64,000 nucleotides of DNA, from the IMG/VR virus record IMGVR_UViG_3300042691_031247. One strand, 5' to 3'. The notes beneath the pieces are model-generated. The model was not told the DNA's origin and ran no database searches. It saw only the letters and a program-made list of their open reading frames with translations. Shown here one piece after another: positions 1-10,699 of the stretch; position 1 is the first letter of the stretch, and each line of letters begins with the position of its first letter. A program made the translations under genes and the position numbers. Source of the DNA: a virus (taxonomy: Duplodnaviria > Caudoviricetes).

Positions 1-1060
1 CGGTGGCGCCTTGCGGTCCGGTCGCGCCTGTAGCGCCTGTGTTGCCGCACGGCCCTGTAGCGCCCACGGGACCTGTTTGACCGACAGCGCCGGTCTGGCC
101 TGTAACACCGGTCGGGCCTCTGGCGCCGGTTGCTCCCACTGGGCCAACAAGTCCTGTCGCGCCAGTCGCGCCGCGCGGACCAACTTGCCCTTGCGGGCCT
201 GTCTGTCCGATTAAACCAGCCGGGCCTGTGACGCCCGTCGCGCCGCGTGGTCCCACCGCGCCGGCTTGTCCAGTAGCGCCTGCTGGTCCAATTGGTCCGG
301 TCGCGCCTGTGGCGCCCTTGTCGCCTTTGACGCCAGAAACGCCGCGGGGTCCCGCTGCGCCCGCCGGTCCGACTGGACCCGTGGCGCCGGTCGCGCCTGT
401 AACGCCCGTAGCGCCCGTTGCGCCTTTCGCTCCGGTTGAGCCGGTCACGCCAGTCGCGCCGCGCGGACCAACCGGGCCAGTAGCGCCGGTCGCTCCTGTT
501 GCGCCAGTAGCACCTGTTGCGCCAGTGACACCTGTTGCGCCGCGCGGTCCGGTCGGACCTGTCGGACCTGTTACACCAATCGGTCCGCTAGGTCCTGTAA
601 CGCCGCGATCACCTTTATCGCCTTTTGCGCCGTTGGCGCCGGCAGTACCTGCGACGCCGGTCGCGCCGCGCAAGCCGGTTACACCTTGGTCACCTTTGTC
701 GCCCTTGTCGCCCTTGTCGCCCTTGTCGCCAGTGCAGCCGGTCGGGCCCATTTCGCCCTGTGGGCCAATAATGCTGAAACCGGGGAGACCCTGAATACCC
801 TGATCGCCTTTATCGCCCTTGTCTCCCTTGTCGCCCTTGTCGCCTTTAAGTCCGCGCTCGCCGGGTAAACCCGGGAGGCCCATAAAGCCTTGTGGTCCGC
901 GGGCGCCGGGAACCCCCTGATCTCCTTTATCGCCCTTGTCTCCCTTGTCGCCCTTGTCGCCTTTATCGCCTTTAGCTCCTTGATTGCCCGTGTCGCCTTT
1001 ATCGCCTTTAGCTCCTTGAGCGCCCGGTCCGCCGGTTGGGCCTTGCGGCCCCGGCGGACC
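1..1060 (-). repeat. Collagen-like Gly-X-Y coding repeat (~115 triplets, continues beyond the window)
   Basis: GDK/GAK/GPQ triplets at ~690-1060, then GAT/GPT/GPV triplets. One interruption seen (GFS-II-GPQ). Confidence 0.95.
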
Positions 1061-4000
1061 GGGTACGCAACTACCACCACCACCACCGGCGCCACTGCCA
1101 GACGGGCATGTAGTGGTGTTTAAATTGATATCAATGTTGAGCTGGTCGCCATCGACAGTAACTGTACCGCTACCCAAACCAGACGGGTAAATGGTCACCG
1201 TGCCGCCGGCAATTTCGCATCTGGGAATCCACAGGTATGGTTCGAGTTTAAATTTGCAATCGCCGAGATCTGTAACCAAGATCTCCGCTCGCGGCTCCTC
1301 ATCACACCCGACAATCAACGCGCGACCTACGCTACCCTCGATTTGCGTCTGGCAAACCGGTACGCCAATGCTGATGTTCAGGTCATAAGAACACTGTGGC
1401 GGCTCATCTGGCGAGCCGCCGGGAGTAACGGTCGGCGTGACGTAACCGTTACCGTACAGATACGATGACTGCACAACGTCTACGTTTAACGTAATAGTCG
1501 GGCAGGGCGGCGGGGGGCATTTTGGAATCCACAAATACGGCGTTAATTTAAACTCGCAAAGATCTAGCTGCTCGACCAAAATCTCGGCGCGGGGCTCAAT
1601 GCCGCAACCGGTTAATACCATGCCTTCGCCGCCCTGAATTTTTGTCAGACACGGTTTCGGTATCCCGAGGTATAGCGGCAGTACAACTTCGCAGTAATAG
1701 CCGGGATCAAAGTTAAAGATTGGCGCGCCGGAGAACGCATACGGGTCTGCTTGCGGCGGCAGAGTCTGCATATCAACAATTAGTGAAACTATTGTGCATG
1801 GTGGTTTCGGAATTTGAATGAATAGGTCAAACTCAACTTCGTAGCAACAGACTGGTGGCTCGTTGGTGCCGCGTTTTTCGTCATACTCGGGGCACTTTTT
1901 GATCTCAAACGAAAATTTTGGTGCAACGTCATAACCAACTTCGTGGTCTGTGCGTTTAACGCGTACTTCGGTGCACGGCGGCCGAGGCGTCGGAATGTCG
2001 ATGTGGATGTCGAATAAAAAGTTGCATGAGCCCGGGTCGTTACATGTTGCCGGCGTTGACACGGCAAGCAAGTTAAAAAAGCTGGGCGTATTATTGAGCC
2101 GACCAGCCGGGCCGTCTTTATAGTGGCTGTTGACCGTTAAAAAGCGCGAGAGAATCGGGCAGCGCGGCCGAGGAATCGGGACGAAGATTTCAATTTCAAT
2201 TTCAAAGTCGCAGCGTTCCGGCTGATCGCACCCGGCTGCGGGTGTGATTGTTTTGATAATCTCAAACCGCGACTGCCCGTCTGCGCAACCGGTACCAGCA
2301 AAACCGGTTTTGACAGTAAACAGTTTTTTAGTTAGGTCGATGCACGGCGGCGGCGGGATTGGGATAACAATCTCTAACTCGATATCAAAATCACACGTGT
2401 CTGGTGTGGTGCAGTCGCCCGGCGTCACGCGCGGTGTAATTTCAAACCGATTTGACTTGCCTTGTACGCACGGAGAATCACTAAAACCTGTGGATACTTC
2501 AAATTTTGTGACGTTAAGGTTTGGACACGGCGGCTTGGGAATAGGAATATCGATCGTCAAATCGATATTGAATTCGCACTGATCTGGGTTGTTGCAGTCG
2601 CCGGGGACATGGCTTGTGGTGATTTCAAACTTGGATGTGCCCGTAGAGCAATTTTGCTCGTCGTAATGTACGGATACTTCAAACGTCCGCGCGTTGATGA
2701 TCGGGCATGGTGTGCGCGGAATCGGCACGACGATTGTGAGATCTAGGTCAAACTCACATGTGTCGGGTGTGGTGCAGTCGCCGGGCGTTCGGCGGGATGT
2801 GATTTCAAACGTAGAACCACCTTGCACGCACGATGAGTCACTAAACCCGGTTTTAACTTCAAACGTTTTACGGTTGATGATCGGGCATGGTGTGCGCGGA
2901 ATCGGTACGATGATTTCTAGTTCGATATCAAATATGCACTGGTCGGCGTTGTTACAGTCGCCGGGTGTGTGGTTTGGCGTAATTTTGAATGAAGACGAAC
3001 CCTGCACGCACGACGAGTCACTAAACCCAGTTTTTACTTCGAGCGTCGGCGCGTTAATAATCGGGCACGGTGGACGCGGAATCGGTACGACAATCTCTAA
3101 TTCAAAGTTAAACTCGCACTGGTCAGCGTTGTTGCAGTCGCCCGGCGTGTGGTTTGTTGTGATCTCAAAGCGGTTGGCGCCGGTTAGGCAATCAGAATCT
3201 GAAAACCCAGATGTGACGCTAAACTTTGTTGCGTTGATGAGCGGGCACGGCGTCCGCGGAATCGGTACGACAATCTCAAGCTCAAAGTTAAACTCACACT
3301 GATCGGCGTTGTTACAGTCGCCGGGAGTATGATTCGTCGTGATCTCAAAACGGTTGTCGCCGGTTAGGCAGTCAGAATCTGAAAAACCAGATGTGACGCT
3401 AAACTTTGTTGCGTTGATTGCTGGACATGGTGTACGCGGGATCGGAACGACAATCTCAAGCTCAAAGTTAAACTCGCACGTATCTGGCGTGTCGCAGTTG
3501 CCGGGTATATGCGCCGTTGTGATTTCAAAGCGATTTGTACCCTCGACGCAATCGGAATCGGCAAACCCGGACGAGACGCTAAAATTTGGCGGGTTTAGCG
3601 TGGGGCACGGCGTGCGCGGGATCGGAATATTGATTTCTAGGTCAACGTCAAACGAGCACTGATCGGCTGTGTCGCAGTCGCCGGGGGTATGTGTCGGCGT
3701 GATTCGGAACTCCGACACGCCCTGTCCGCAGCTATCGCCTGCAGGCTCGGCGCCGGCAAGTGTAGACGTGGTTAAGCCGGAGCTGACAACAAACGTTGTT
3801 GTGTTGATGATCGGACACGGCGTTTTGGGTACCGGGATTTTGAGATCTAAATCGATGACAAATTCGCAGTCGTCGGGACGATTGCAGTCGCCCGGCGTGA
3901 TGATTGGGGTAATGCGAATTTCGCTGCGGGGTGTAACGCAGTCTTGATATCCAACCTCTAAACCAAACTCACCCGCAGTTAACGTCGGGCACGGAATGCG

Positions 4001-4324
4001 CGGCACTGGCACATTGATATCTAAGGTGACATCGTACCGGCACGGGTCGATATCTTGCCGCGTAATCGTCAGTTCGTTTTTTGGCGGCGGGCAACCGTCA
4101 TCACCCTCGTTGACAAAGTTAACGCCAATGGATGTCAGCGTGGAAAAATCGGGGCACTGCAGCCCGACCTCTGTAGGCGGCTCGCGCGGGATGATTGGCG
4201 ACTGGCAGCCGAAAATTGGTGGCGGCAGCGGCTCTATTTCGCATACATCGGAAATGAAGTCAAAATCCGCCTTGGGGACGGATTCAATCGGGCACTGCGA
4301 GTCTTTAAAAAGATTTTCAGCCAT
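1..4324 (-). CDS. Giant tail-fibre-like protein (>=1441 aa, 3'-partial): N-terminal Cys/Pro-rich ~60-aa beta repeats followed by a collagen (Gly-X-Y) domain
   Basis: ATG at 4324 lies 1 nt after the TAA of the upstream gene. Manual translation of most of the frame ([23 protein letters not shown]...[15 protein letters not shown]...GATGPQGAT) showed no stop before the window edge. It is missing from the ORF track because it has no stop in the window. Confidence 0.88.
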   Translation of the reverse strand, partial: MAENLFKDSQCPIESVPKADFDFISDVCEIEPLPPPIFGCQSPIIPREPPTEVGLQCPDFSTLTSIGVNFVNEGDDGCPPPKNELTITRQDIDPCRYDVTLDINVPVPRIPCPTLTAGEFGLEVGYQDCVTPRSEIRITPIITPGDCNRPDDCEFVIDLDLKIPVPKTPCPIINTTTFVVSSGLTTSTLAGAEPAGDSCGQGVSEFRITPTHTPGDCDTADQCSFDVDLEINIPIPRTPCPTLNPPNFSVSSGFADSDCVEGTNRFEITTAHIPGNCDTPDTCEFNFELEIVVPIPRTPCPAINATKFSVTSGFSDSDCLTGDNRFEITTNHTPGDCNNADQCEFNFELEIVVPIPRTPCPLINATKFSVTSGFSDSDCLTGANRFEITTNHTPGDCNNADQCEFNFELEIVVPIPRPPCPIINAPTLEVKTGFSDSSCVQGSSSFKITPNHTPGDCNNADQCIFDIELEIIVPIPRTPCPIINRKTFEVKTGFSDSSCVQGGSTFEITSRRTPGDCTTPDTCEFDLDLTIVVPIPRTPCPIINARTFEVSVHYDEQNCSTGTSKFEITTSHVPGDCNNPDQCEFNIDLTIDIPIPKPPCPNLNVTKFEVSTGFSDSPCVQGKSNRFEITPRVTPGDCTTPDTCDFDIELEIVIPIPPPPCIDLTKKLFTVKTGFAGTGCADGQSRFEIIKTITPAAGCDQPERCDFEIEIEIFVPIPRPRCPILSRFLTVNSHYKDGPAGRLNNTPSFFNLLAVSTPATCNDPGSCNFLFDIHIDIPTPRPPCTEVRVKRTDHEVGYDVAPKFSFEIKKCPEYDEKRGTNEPPVCCYEVEFDLFIQIPKPPCTIVSLIVDMQTLPPQADPYAFSGAPIFNFDPGYYCEVVLPLYLGIPKPCLTKIQGGEGMVLTGCGIEPRAEILVEQLDLCEFKLTPYLWIPKCPPPPCPTITLNVDVVQSSYLYGNGYVTPTVTPGGSPDEPPQCSYDLNISIGVPVCQTQIEGSVGRALIVGCDEEPRAEILVTDLGDCKFKLEPYLWIPRCEIAGGTVTIYPSGLGSGTVTVDGDQLNIDINLNTTTCPSGSGAGGGGGSCVPGPPGPQGPTGGPGAQGAKGDKGDTGNQGAKGDKGDKGDKGDKGDKGDQGVPGARGPQGFMGLPGLPGERGLKGDKGDKGDKGDKGDQGIQGLPGFSIIGPQGEMGPTGCTGDKGDKGDKGDKGDQGVTGLRGATGVAGTAGANGAKGDKGDRGVTGPSGPIGVTGPTGPTGPRGATGVTGATGATGATGATGATGPVGPRGATGVTGSTGAKGATGATGVTGATGATGPVGPAGAAGPRGVSGVKGDKGATGATGPIGPAGATGQAGAVGPRGATGVTGPAGLIGQTGPQGQVGPRGATGATGLVGPVGATGARGPTGVTGQTGAVGQTGPVGATGPCGNTGATGATGPQGAT
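2200..3950 (-). repeat. Tandem 180-bp (60-aa) coding repeats, consensus like [60 protein letters not shown]
   Basis: The PGDC anchor recurs at 2594, 2774, 2954, 3134, 3314, 3494 and 3674 (exact 180-bp spacing). Flanking units are at 2411 and 3884, and degenerate units continue to ~1200. Confidence 0.93.
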
Positions 4325-4325
4325 G

Positions 4326-5588
4326 TTATGTGCAGTTGACTTGCGCGTTCGGTTTTTTCTGGACTGTAATTTGACCGTCGTCGAGCAGGATATTTACGCC
4401 CGCTCCGCCGATTAGATTAACATTTGTACCGCCAACGCCGTTGATAGATGAAATTGTTTCGCAGCAGCGCGGGCCGCCGCTAAAAAATGCCAACACAGAC
4501 TGAACGTCCGGCGGCATGTCTTTTGGAAAATCTTCAAACTCGCCAGTGGGTTGAATCGACACTTCGCCCGTACCGCTGATGACCTCTTCATAAAGTGGGG
4601 TAAAAATCACCTTTGCCGAGCGTACCCACGTTTTATTGTTCCACGTGTAGTAATAAGCCTCGTAGTATGGCGGCGGTGGCGGATCACCGGGCAGCTGTAT
4701 TAGATCTGATTTCCAGCCATACGTATCGCCGATTTTGTTACCGGCGCACACTGCCGGTAACAAGGCGAGAAGCTGAGTTGCAGTGGGCGGGTTTTCTCCG
4801 TGAATATCGAACGCCTCGACAAAGGTTGTCGGTTTAACTAGCCCGAGCGGTAGAGTTTCGTCGGGAAATAGCGGCAATTCTCCGGCGTACTCGCAAAGCT
4901 CGGCGCTTGTTTCTCCGACACCCGCGCCTTTAAACGCGGTAACGGTCAGTTCGTTTGCGCGGTCTGTTTGTGTAATTAAACAGTTGTAGCCTTCTTTTAA
5001 GCGAATATCACCTTTCATACATCGCGCGTTTACAACAATCGGGCGATTGTCGTTTGTGCTGGGCTCGTCACATTCGGGTACACGCACGCGCGCGTAGTTA
5101 CCGACACTGATTGACCGCAGATACGCTTTGTTTAGGTTTTGAATGCGACTGGGCTCGATTTGGTAATCGTTTGGTTGCAGCGCCCATACGCCGCCAGAAG
5201 ATGCCGCCGTAAATGCCGCAGTGAGAGCATCGAGCGGACCAGTAACTAAAAACCCAGACCAAATCGGCTCGGTGGCGCATTCGTTTTCTGTGTCGGCGGC
5301 TGACTCACCGTGTTCGAGCGCCCATTCGCCGTCGTCGTCGTGCCGTGTGAACGATATTGTTTCCGTACTAGCGTCTGTACTGAATACGAATTCAAAAATG
5401 CTGCCCGTTTTTTTAATTGCCGAGAGCCACACTGTATGTTGCGTTTCGTCATAGTGTGCGTCGAGCCCCATGATAAAACCAGCGTCTAAGACGGCACTGG
5501 TTGGCAGTGCGGGCAGCGTCATTGGCTTATTGTAAATAAACGGATACGCGCGGTATTCGTTATCGTTGTAAAATCCGGGACGAGGCAT
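4326..5588 (-). CDS. Baseplate/fibre-associated paralog 1 (RxYP...INGV family)
   Basis: 420 aa. N-terminal [12 protein letters not shown] and C-terminal [13 protein letters not shown] motifs are shared with the four neighbouring genes. Located at the distal end of the tail module. Confidence 0.6.
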   Translation of the reverse strand: MPRPGFYNDNEYRAYPFIYNKPMTLPALPTSAVLDAGFIMGLDAHYDETQHTVWLSAIKKTGSIFEFVFSTDASTETISFTRHDDDGEWALEHGESAADTENECATEPIWSGFLVTGPLDALTAAFTAASSGGVWALQPNDYQIEPSRIQNLNKAYLRSISVGNYARVRVPECDEPSTNDNRPIVVNARCMKGDIRLKEGYNCLITQTDRANELTVTAFKGAGVGETSAELCEYAGELPLFPDETLPLGLVKPTTFVEAFDIHGENPPTATQLLALLPAVCAGNKIGDTYGWKSDLIQLPGDPPPPPYYEAYYYTWNNKTWVRSAKVIFTPLYEEVISGTGEVSIQPTGEFEDFPKDMPPDVQSVLAFFSGGPRCCETISSINGVGGTNVNLIGGAGVNILLDDGQITVQKKPNAQVNCT

Positions 5589-6394
5589 TAGACAACACTC
5601 CTGCCAACCGTATCAATAACGATTGTCTCGCCGTCGGCGTAAACGCGCAACACATTGTTATTGACAGGCGGTATTTCGCGGCCTGCAACATTCGGCTGGT
5701 CGGTCGCGGTAAATGTGAAATTACCAAACTCGTCTGGTCCGCAGCCGTTAATCGTTTTCAGATATTGTTTGTTAGGGAAGTCTGCCCCTTGTTGCGGCTC
5801 GCACAGAAACCGACGAAATAGGGGCACGCCGATGATATCAATACGAATGACACTTGGACCGTCTTGACGCAACACCACACCCTGATCGCCCACGAGCCAT
5901 ATGTCCCCAGTTAAAAACTGTTTTGTCTCTGGGCGAATCGCCCGTACACCCGGCTCATTCGCTGGAATAACAACGCTGCTTACAAACTCAGTTTGGTCGA
6001 TGTCGAACGGGTACGAGCCGTTGCCCCAGCCAGAAAACCTCGCGAGCGCCGTCGGGGATGACAGCAGCATCCCGGCCGGGCGGCCGTACTGATCTGCAAA
6101 TAACAGCAACCCGTCGGCCGGCGGGCTCAGCGGGTTATACGTCGACGTAACGCGGACGCTTAATTCTTCGTCGCCCACGTTGATTGTGACGCTTTGCGGC
6201 GCTATTACGATGGACGAAATGTATACGCGCTGATAACCACCAATAATAAAAAACGACGCGTCAATAAACGTGTCAGGCGCAATTTGAATATTTTCTGCTG
6301 CGTCGCTTTGAAGCCCAGCGGAGTCGGCAAACGGGTAACGCGACGCCTCTTGCTCGTCACGAAACTCTGGAAATAGGATACGTGTGCCGGCCAT
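5588..6394 (-). CDS. Baseplate/fibre-associated paralog 2
   Basis: 268 aa, with EQEASRYPF and LKTINGCGPDEFGNF motifs. Stop/start overlaps with neighbours. Confidence 0.6.
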   Translation of the reverse strand: MAGTRILFPEFRDEQEASRYPFADSAGLQSDAAENIQIAPDTFIDASFFIIGGYQRVYISSIVIAPQSVTINVGDEELSVRVTSTYNPLSPPADGLLLFADQYGRPAGMLLSSPTALARFSGWGNGSYPFDIDQTEFVSSVVIPANEPGVRAIRPETKQFLTGDIWLVGDQGVVLRQDGPSVIRIDIIGVPLFRRFLCEPQQGADFPNKQYLKTINGCGPDEFGNFTFTATDQPNVAGREIPPVNNNVLRVYADGETIVIDTVGRSVV

Positions 6395-8124
6395 TACTGC
6401 ACCACAAATTTGTTAAAGAATGTTGATGCTTGGTTTGTAAACAGACCAATTGTTCCGGTGACGTCGCCGGGATTGTTGAGGCTAGCTGTTCCGCTTACTG
6501 GGTGCGCGCCGTCAAGTTCTGCAACGGAAAACGACACCGCAAGATTGCTACCGTCTAACGAAAGACTGGCATACATGCGATACCACGTGTTTACCTTTGC
6601 GTTGTAATTAACTGACAGTTCGTCAACAAAAACACTGCCGTTGTATCGAAGCACGCGTACTTTTCCGCGCGTGCTGTCAATGAGCACCACAACGTATCGT
6701 GTTACAACTTGCCCAAGCTCTAGCGTTTGCACATAGTTCAGTACGAGCCCGCCGTTTCGCGCAGCGCCATTTGTGCCAAGTTTAAATTCCCCCATGACCG
6801 ACTTGTTGAGCGCCCAGTCGGTGGCGCAATTTTTTAACACGGCGACATTGGTGCCGCCGATACCCGTTGCGACGTATGTGCCGTGGTTTGTCAGCGTGGC
6901 TCCAATCTCCGGCGAGAATTCGCCCGGCGAGCAGTTACCGCAGATAGGCGGCGCCATCGTCTCTTGCGGCGCAAACGCACCTGTTTTGGTAACAAAATGC
7001 GCGCTGGGCTGGCACGACCCGAAATCAATACACAGCGGTAGCGGCATGCACGCGTATTCTGGCGGATCCAATGTTTCGTCAACGACGATGTCTATCGCGT
7101 CAGTTGGGTCTGGCCAGCAGTACTCATCAAGAACGATATCGGTGTCGGCGTAGTTGGAGCCATCCCACCTATAGACGTTGTTTGTGTCAAACGCCAGATA
7201 AAGTTGATTGAGTTCGCCGGCCGGCGGAAACGAGGCGCGGTTTGCGTACACAGTAATGTTTTCGCCGGTTAGCTCGCAGCAAAGGTCTTTAAACTCTTGT
7301 GGCGGCTTTGGTTTGTTTGCGTCACATACCGCGTCAAGCTCAGTAGTTGTGACAATGTTTGCGCCGCCGCAGTTCTCAAAGTTGAGCGCGGTGAACCCGT
7401 CAAAAATAATATTGATGTTGCCGTCACAGTTTGGTGCGACACCGTTGATTGTTTCAATCGGTGTTTTCGGGCACGTTCCGCTTTCGGGCCGCTGCGCGCA
7501 CGAGCCGAGAAACGTTGACAGCGGGTTGTAATCACCTGTAACCAGTGCGCTATCAAGCCGGAAAACAATTGCGGGATACTCAACCGAGTCATACTGAATG
7601 GTTTCGTATTTAGCGGTTACAGGCGACGTGCCGATAACGTTGACCACGCCCTGCAACGACGTGCCAAGATTGATCTTGCCGATTGTCGGGATCGGAAGCG
7701 GGCGGTATGGGCGCGCGCTGCGCGGCTGTACAAGTGTTTGGCGCGCCGTGCTGTACCTGCCGACAAAAGGAGTGTCTACGCCGGGCCCGAATACCACCCA
7801 GCCCGACACAGCCTCAGCAAGCGGCGTGATCGGGTAGTTCACATATGGCGCCGCGGGCTGCGGAACAGAAACTGCGCATACGGTTTGTCCGGCGTCGTCA
7901 ATGTTGTTTACAGCGCCAAACACCACAGTGACAATTCCAGCAGAGACCGTGATTCCTTGCACGTATAAATATTCGCCCAAGCTGCGTGGAAAACGAATAT
8001 GGCAATCAACAATGATATCTTCACGGATAAACGCACCGCGGTCGTCAACACCCGTTGAAATATCATCAAGCGGGTATCGTCGCGTGGATTGGAGGTTGTA
8101 CCAGTTCTGGTTGCGAATAGACAT
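6394..8124 (-). CDS. Baseplate/fibre-associated paralog 3 with a C-terminal ConA/LamG-like beta-sandwich (possible receptor-binding domain)
   Basis: 576 aa, with WYNLQSTRRYPL and IETINGVAPNCDGNI motifs. The C-terminus (NTWYRMYASL...GTIGLFTNQASTFFNKFVVQ) resembles lectin/DUF1080-like folds. Confidence 0.6.
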   Translation of the reverse strand: MSIRNQNWYNLQSTRRYPLDDISTGVDDRGAFIREDIIVDCHIRFPRSLGEYLYVQGITVSAGIVTVVFGAVNNIDDAGQTVCAVSVPQPAAPYVNYPITPLAEAVSGWVVFGPGVDTPFVGRYSTARQTLVQPRSARPYRPLPIPTIGKINLGTSLQGVVNVIGTSPVTAKYETIQYDSVEYPAIVFRLDSALVTGDYNPLSTFLGSCAQRPESGTCPKTPIETINGVAPNCDGNINIIFDGFTALNFENCGGANIVTTTELDAVCDANKPKPPQEFKDLCCELTGENITVYANRASFPPAGELNQLYLAFDTNNVYRWDGSNYADTDIVLDEYCWPDPTDAIDIVVDETLDPPEYACMPLPLCIDFGSCQPSAHFVTKTGAFAPQETMAPPICGNCSPGEFSPEIGATLTNHGTYVATGIGGTNVAVLKNCATDWALNKSVMGEFKLGTNGAARNGGLVLNYVQTLELGQVVTRYVVVLIDSTRGKVRVLRYNGSVFVDELSVNYNAKVNTWYRMYASLSLDGSNLAVSFSVAELDGAHPVSGTASLNNPGDVTGTIGLFTNQASTFFNKFVVQ

Positions 8125-8127
8125 TGT

Positions 8128-9738
8128 TTAACACGGCGCCTCTGTTTTACCTTCCGCGTTGCAGTGCAGCGTTTGAACCGTTTCTGTGATAGCGGGGAGC
8201 GGCGGTAAGTCGTCGTCTAAGTTGTTTCCGCAGTTTGTCAGGATGGGTTGAGTAGTACCCAAGTATGTGCCAGTTAGCGTGCCAGTCACGACATACGGTC
8301 CGCGCGCGCGTGTGTTTACGGCGGTAAGCGCCGCGGGATCGTATTGGTTAAATTTCACGCGAAATTGTACGTAGGCTGAGTCGCCGGGTTTTAACTGAGG
8401 AAACACGGCCGAATACTGAAAACCATCGCCAGCTACGGCGATACCCACAGCGCTGCCGCGAATACCCGGCGCGTACATTGCCGTGTATCCGCACTCTAAT
8501 TCTGGTCGAATTGCCACCGACGTCTGTGTTTCTGGATCGGCGACTACGAGATCGCCGCTAATAGACAGGTTTAGCGTCAAGCGCGTCGGCTCTACGCACG
8601 TTTGGCAGGGGTTGCACAACATCATAACGATGTCAAGATACGGGCAACGTTGCGGCACCATAAGCAGCCGCAACGGTCGCTGTACGCTACATGAGCGCTG
8701 GTCTAACCACCGCGCAATATTGTTTTCGTGCTCTGTGCGTACCTTCTCTGCGCGCTGCCCGATAAGTTTGTACCGGTAACTCGTCTCGTTCATGTATTTC
8801 GCGGTACTGGCATAATCATCGCAACCGCAGCACGGATCGCAATCCGCGCCGATTTGTTGATGCGCAGTTGTGGACGGGTTTACAGGGTATGGCGCAGCAA
8901 TGCCGACAGTCACGGGCCGGCGGACCCACAAGCAATCCGTCGCGCTGAGCCTAAAGTCTCCGCCGGTACCAGCTACGCCATTAATTTTTGTGATCGGTAC
9001 GGCTGCGCCTTCCGGGCACGCGCCGTACCGGCCCAGACCAGTCCCGGCTACAGCGCTAAAATTAACTTTTGTGATGTTACGAAAATTGTTTGTTTCAGCC
9101 GGCGTGTTTGTAATTTGTGTGCTGTAACCGTTTTCAAACGTAAACGCGCCTGAATACCGCGGCGATGTTGTCTGCCCGTTACGCACGCGCATCGACAATA
9201 GGCGCCGCGGCATTTTGTACACGGCGCGCTCATCTAATCGCGCGTTGGTCGGCGCAAGAAATTTGTCGTAGTTGCGCCGCGTGTCATCGTCTGTTTCTCC
9301 GCTGTCGTCGTCTGGCCATGTCGTGTGCGTGACGAGGCGGCATACCACGCGCGCGGTCTTCCACTCATAAATGCGATAATCGCTGCTCCACGCTTGGGCG
9401 TTAAACGCAGTCGGCTGTGTCGTGGTGTCTAGGATGACGCGATTATTTGCATCGACAACGACAATGTCAGCCGTATGAACAGGCGTAGGAAACCCGGTCG
9501 GCGGCGTGTTTTCAACGCATCCAACGCCGTATAGATATTTAATCCGCAACGGGTGGGCGGCCGGCGTTAACGCTGTGTTGTATTCGCCGTCATCGTCGTA
9601 GGCTAGATGCAGGTCGGCCAACAAGTATCGAATGTCGGCAGACGGCGCGACGAGCGGATAATCTAAGCCGCTCTGCGGTTGAACTACGCCGATGCCGGCG
9701 CGGCCGTTTTTTGATGTCTGAAAGTCGGGGCATGTCAT
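8128..9738 (-). CDS. Baseplate/fibre-associated paralog 4 with PCCGC motif, coiled coil and C-terminal beta domain
   Basis: 536 aa, with QSGLDYPL, ITKINGVAGTGGDF and CDPCCGC motifs. Confidence 0.58.
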   Translation of the reverse strand: MTCPDFQTSKNGRAGIGVVQPQSGLDYPLVAPSADIRYLLADLHLAYDDDGEYNTALTPAAHPLRIKYLYGVGCVENTPPTGFPTPVHTADIVVVDANNRVILDTTTQPTAFNAQAWSSDYRIYEWKTARVVCRLVTHTTWPDDDSGETDDDTRRNYDKFLAPTNARLDERAVYKMPRRLLSMRVRNGQTTSPRYSGAFTFENGYSTQITNTPAETNNFRNITKVNFSAVAGTGLGRYGACPEGAAVPITKINGVAGTGGDFRLSATDCLWVRRPVTVGIAAPYPVNPSTTAHQQIGADCDPCCGCDDYASTAKYMNETSYRYKLIGQRAEKVRTEHENNIARWLDQRSCSVQRPLRLLMVPQRCPYLDIVMMLCNPCQTCVEPTRLTLNLSISGDLVVADPETQTSVAIRPELECGYTAMYAPGIRGSAVGIAVAGDGFQYSAVFPQLKPGDSAYVQFRVKFNQYDPAALTAVNTRARGPYVVTGTLTGTYLGTTQPILTNCGNNLDDDLPPLPAITETVQTLHCNAEGKTEAPC

Positions 9739-9741
9739 ACG

Positions 9742-10683
9742 TCACCCCGTTGAGCAGCCGGAGTCGCCGAGCTGGCTGCCCAACACGACCAGACTCATCT
9801 GGGTTACTTCAGACCCGAGACGTGTAATGAAATTTTGTAATGTCATAACGCCGTCACCAAAACGATTAATCTGATCGACAATGGCGTCAAGCTCAGTACA
9901 CCCGCAGCACGGCTGCGCGCACGTATCAGCAAACTTTAAACCGTTACTCATCGGCGTAATTTGCACGCAGTCATCGGGCGCAAGAATAAAGTTGCCGTCC
10001 GTGCTACACACCCCGTTAATGCAGCGAATGCAGTCGCCGATTTCGGGCGTTTCGCAATAGCACTCTTCGTTGAGGTTTGTGCCGGAGATTGCGTCAAAAA
10101 TGATTTCTGTTTCTGTGGCGAACGCTACTGCCGTGATCCGCACATTGTTGCCGGCGACCAGCGTCACATCTCCGTAAATCGGCGCGCTCAGTTCACCGTT
10201 GTTCGACACGCGGAGCCGTGTTACGGCGCGCAGCATCGGCCGGATAGTGTCGGGCTCTAACTCGCCGTCGGTAAAAGTAAATTCATACTGGCCGGGCGGC
10301 AGCTGATCGACCTCGTCAAGATTGCCGAGTACAACGCGGCCAACACAGTCGTCAAAGTTATCTACGCCGCCAAGCGCATATGACCGGTTTGGCTGATAAT
10401 TGCTGCGAATAACGTTTGCTGACGCGACGTCGACCGCGGTGCCGTTGTCGTCGTACCCAATAGTGATGTTAAACCCGGTCGGGGCAATTAGCAGGCTTTT
10501 GATAAAAAAACGGTTCGGCGCAAAAGCCAGACCAGAATGAATCGGCAGGTAGAGCGCGACAATAAAGCTGTCGGGCAGCCGAATAGTTCCAGTCGTATCT
10601 GTTTTGGTGGCGCGCTCTGTCAGCGGATATGACCGCTGAGAGTTATGGTTGAGCCACTGTAGATTCCAATTTCCGATGGGCAT
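9742..10683 (-). CDS. Baseplate/fibre-associated paralog 5 with PCCGC motif and C-terminal coiled coil
   Basis: 313 aa, with WLNHNSQRSYPL, IRCINGVCSTDGNF and CAQPCCGC motifs. Confidence 0.6.
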   Translation of the reverse strand: MPIGNWNLQWLNHNSQRSYPLTERATKTDTTGTIRLPDSFIVALYLPIHSGLAFAPNRFFIKSLLIAPTGFNITIGYDDNGTAVDVASANVIRSNYQPNRSYALGGVDNFDDCVGRVVLGNLDEVDQLPPGQYEFTFTDGELEPDTIRPMLRAVTRLRVSNNGELSAPIYGDVTLVAGNNVRITAVAFATETEIIFDAISGTNLNEECYCETPEIGDCIRCINGVCSTDGNFILAPDDCVQITPMSNGLKFADTCAQPCCGCTELDAIVDQINRFGDGVMTLQNFITRLGSEVTQMSLVVLGSQLGDSGCSTG

Positions 10684-10699
10684 GGCGGCTCACCTAGTT

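Noticed and set aside
11-1123. Short ORFs (PVAPVAP, ATRATR, VALVAL repeats), including 679..1095 minus
   Set aside because: Alternative frames or the opposite strand of the collagen-coding DNA.
2200-3950. Regularly spaced repeats resembling a CRISPR array or DGR template
   Set aside because: Units are 180-bp in-frame coding repeats diverged at synonymous sites. There is no constant repeat with unique spacers, no cas gene, no reverse transcriptase and no adenine-specific variation.
2244-4415. Several plus-strand ORFs with repeated SPGV/IGHG motifs
   Set aside because: They are antisense read-outs of the 180-bp repeats of the real minus-strand fibre gene.
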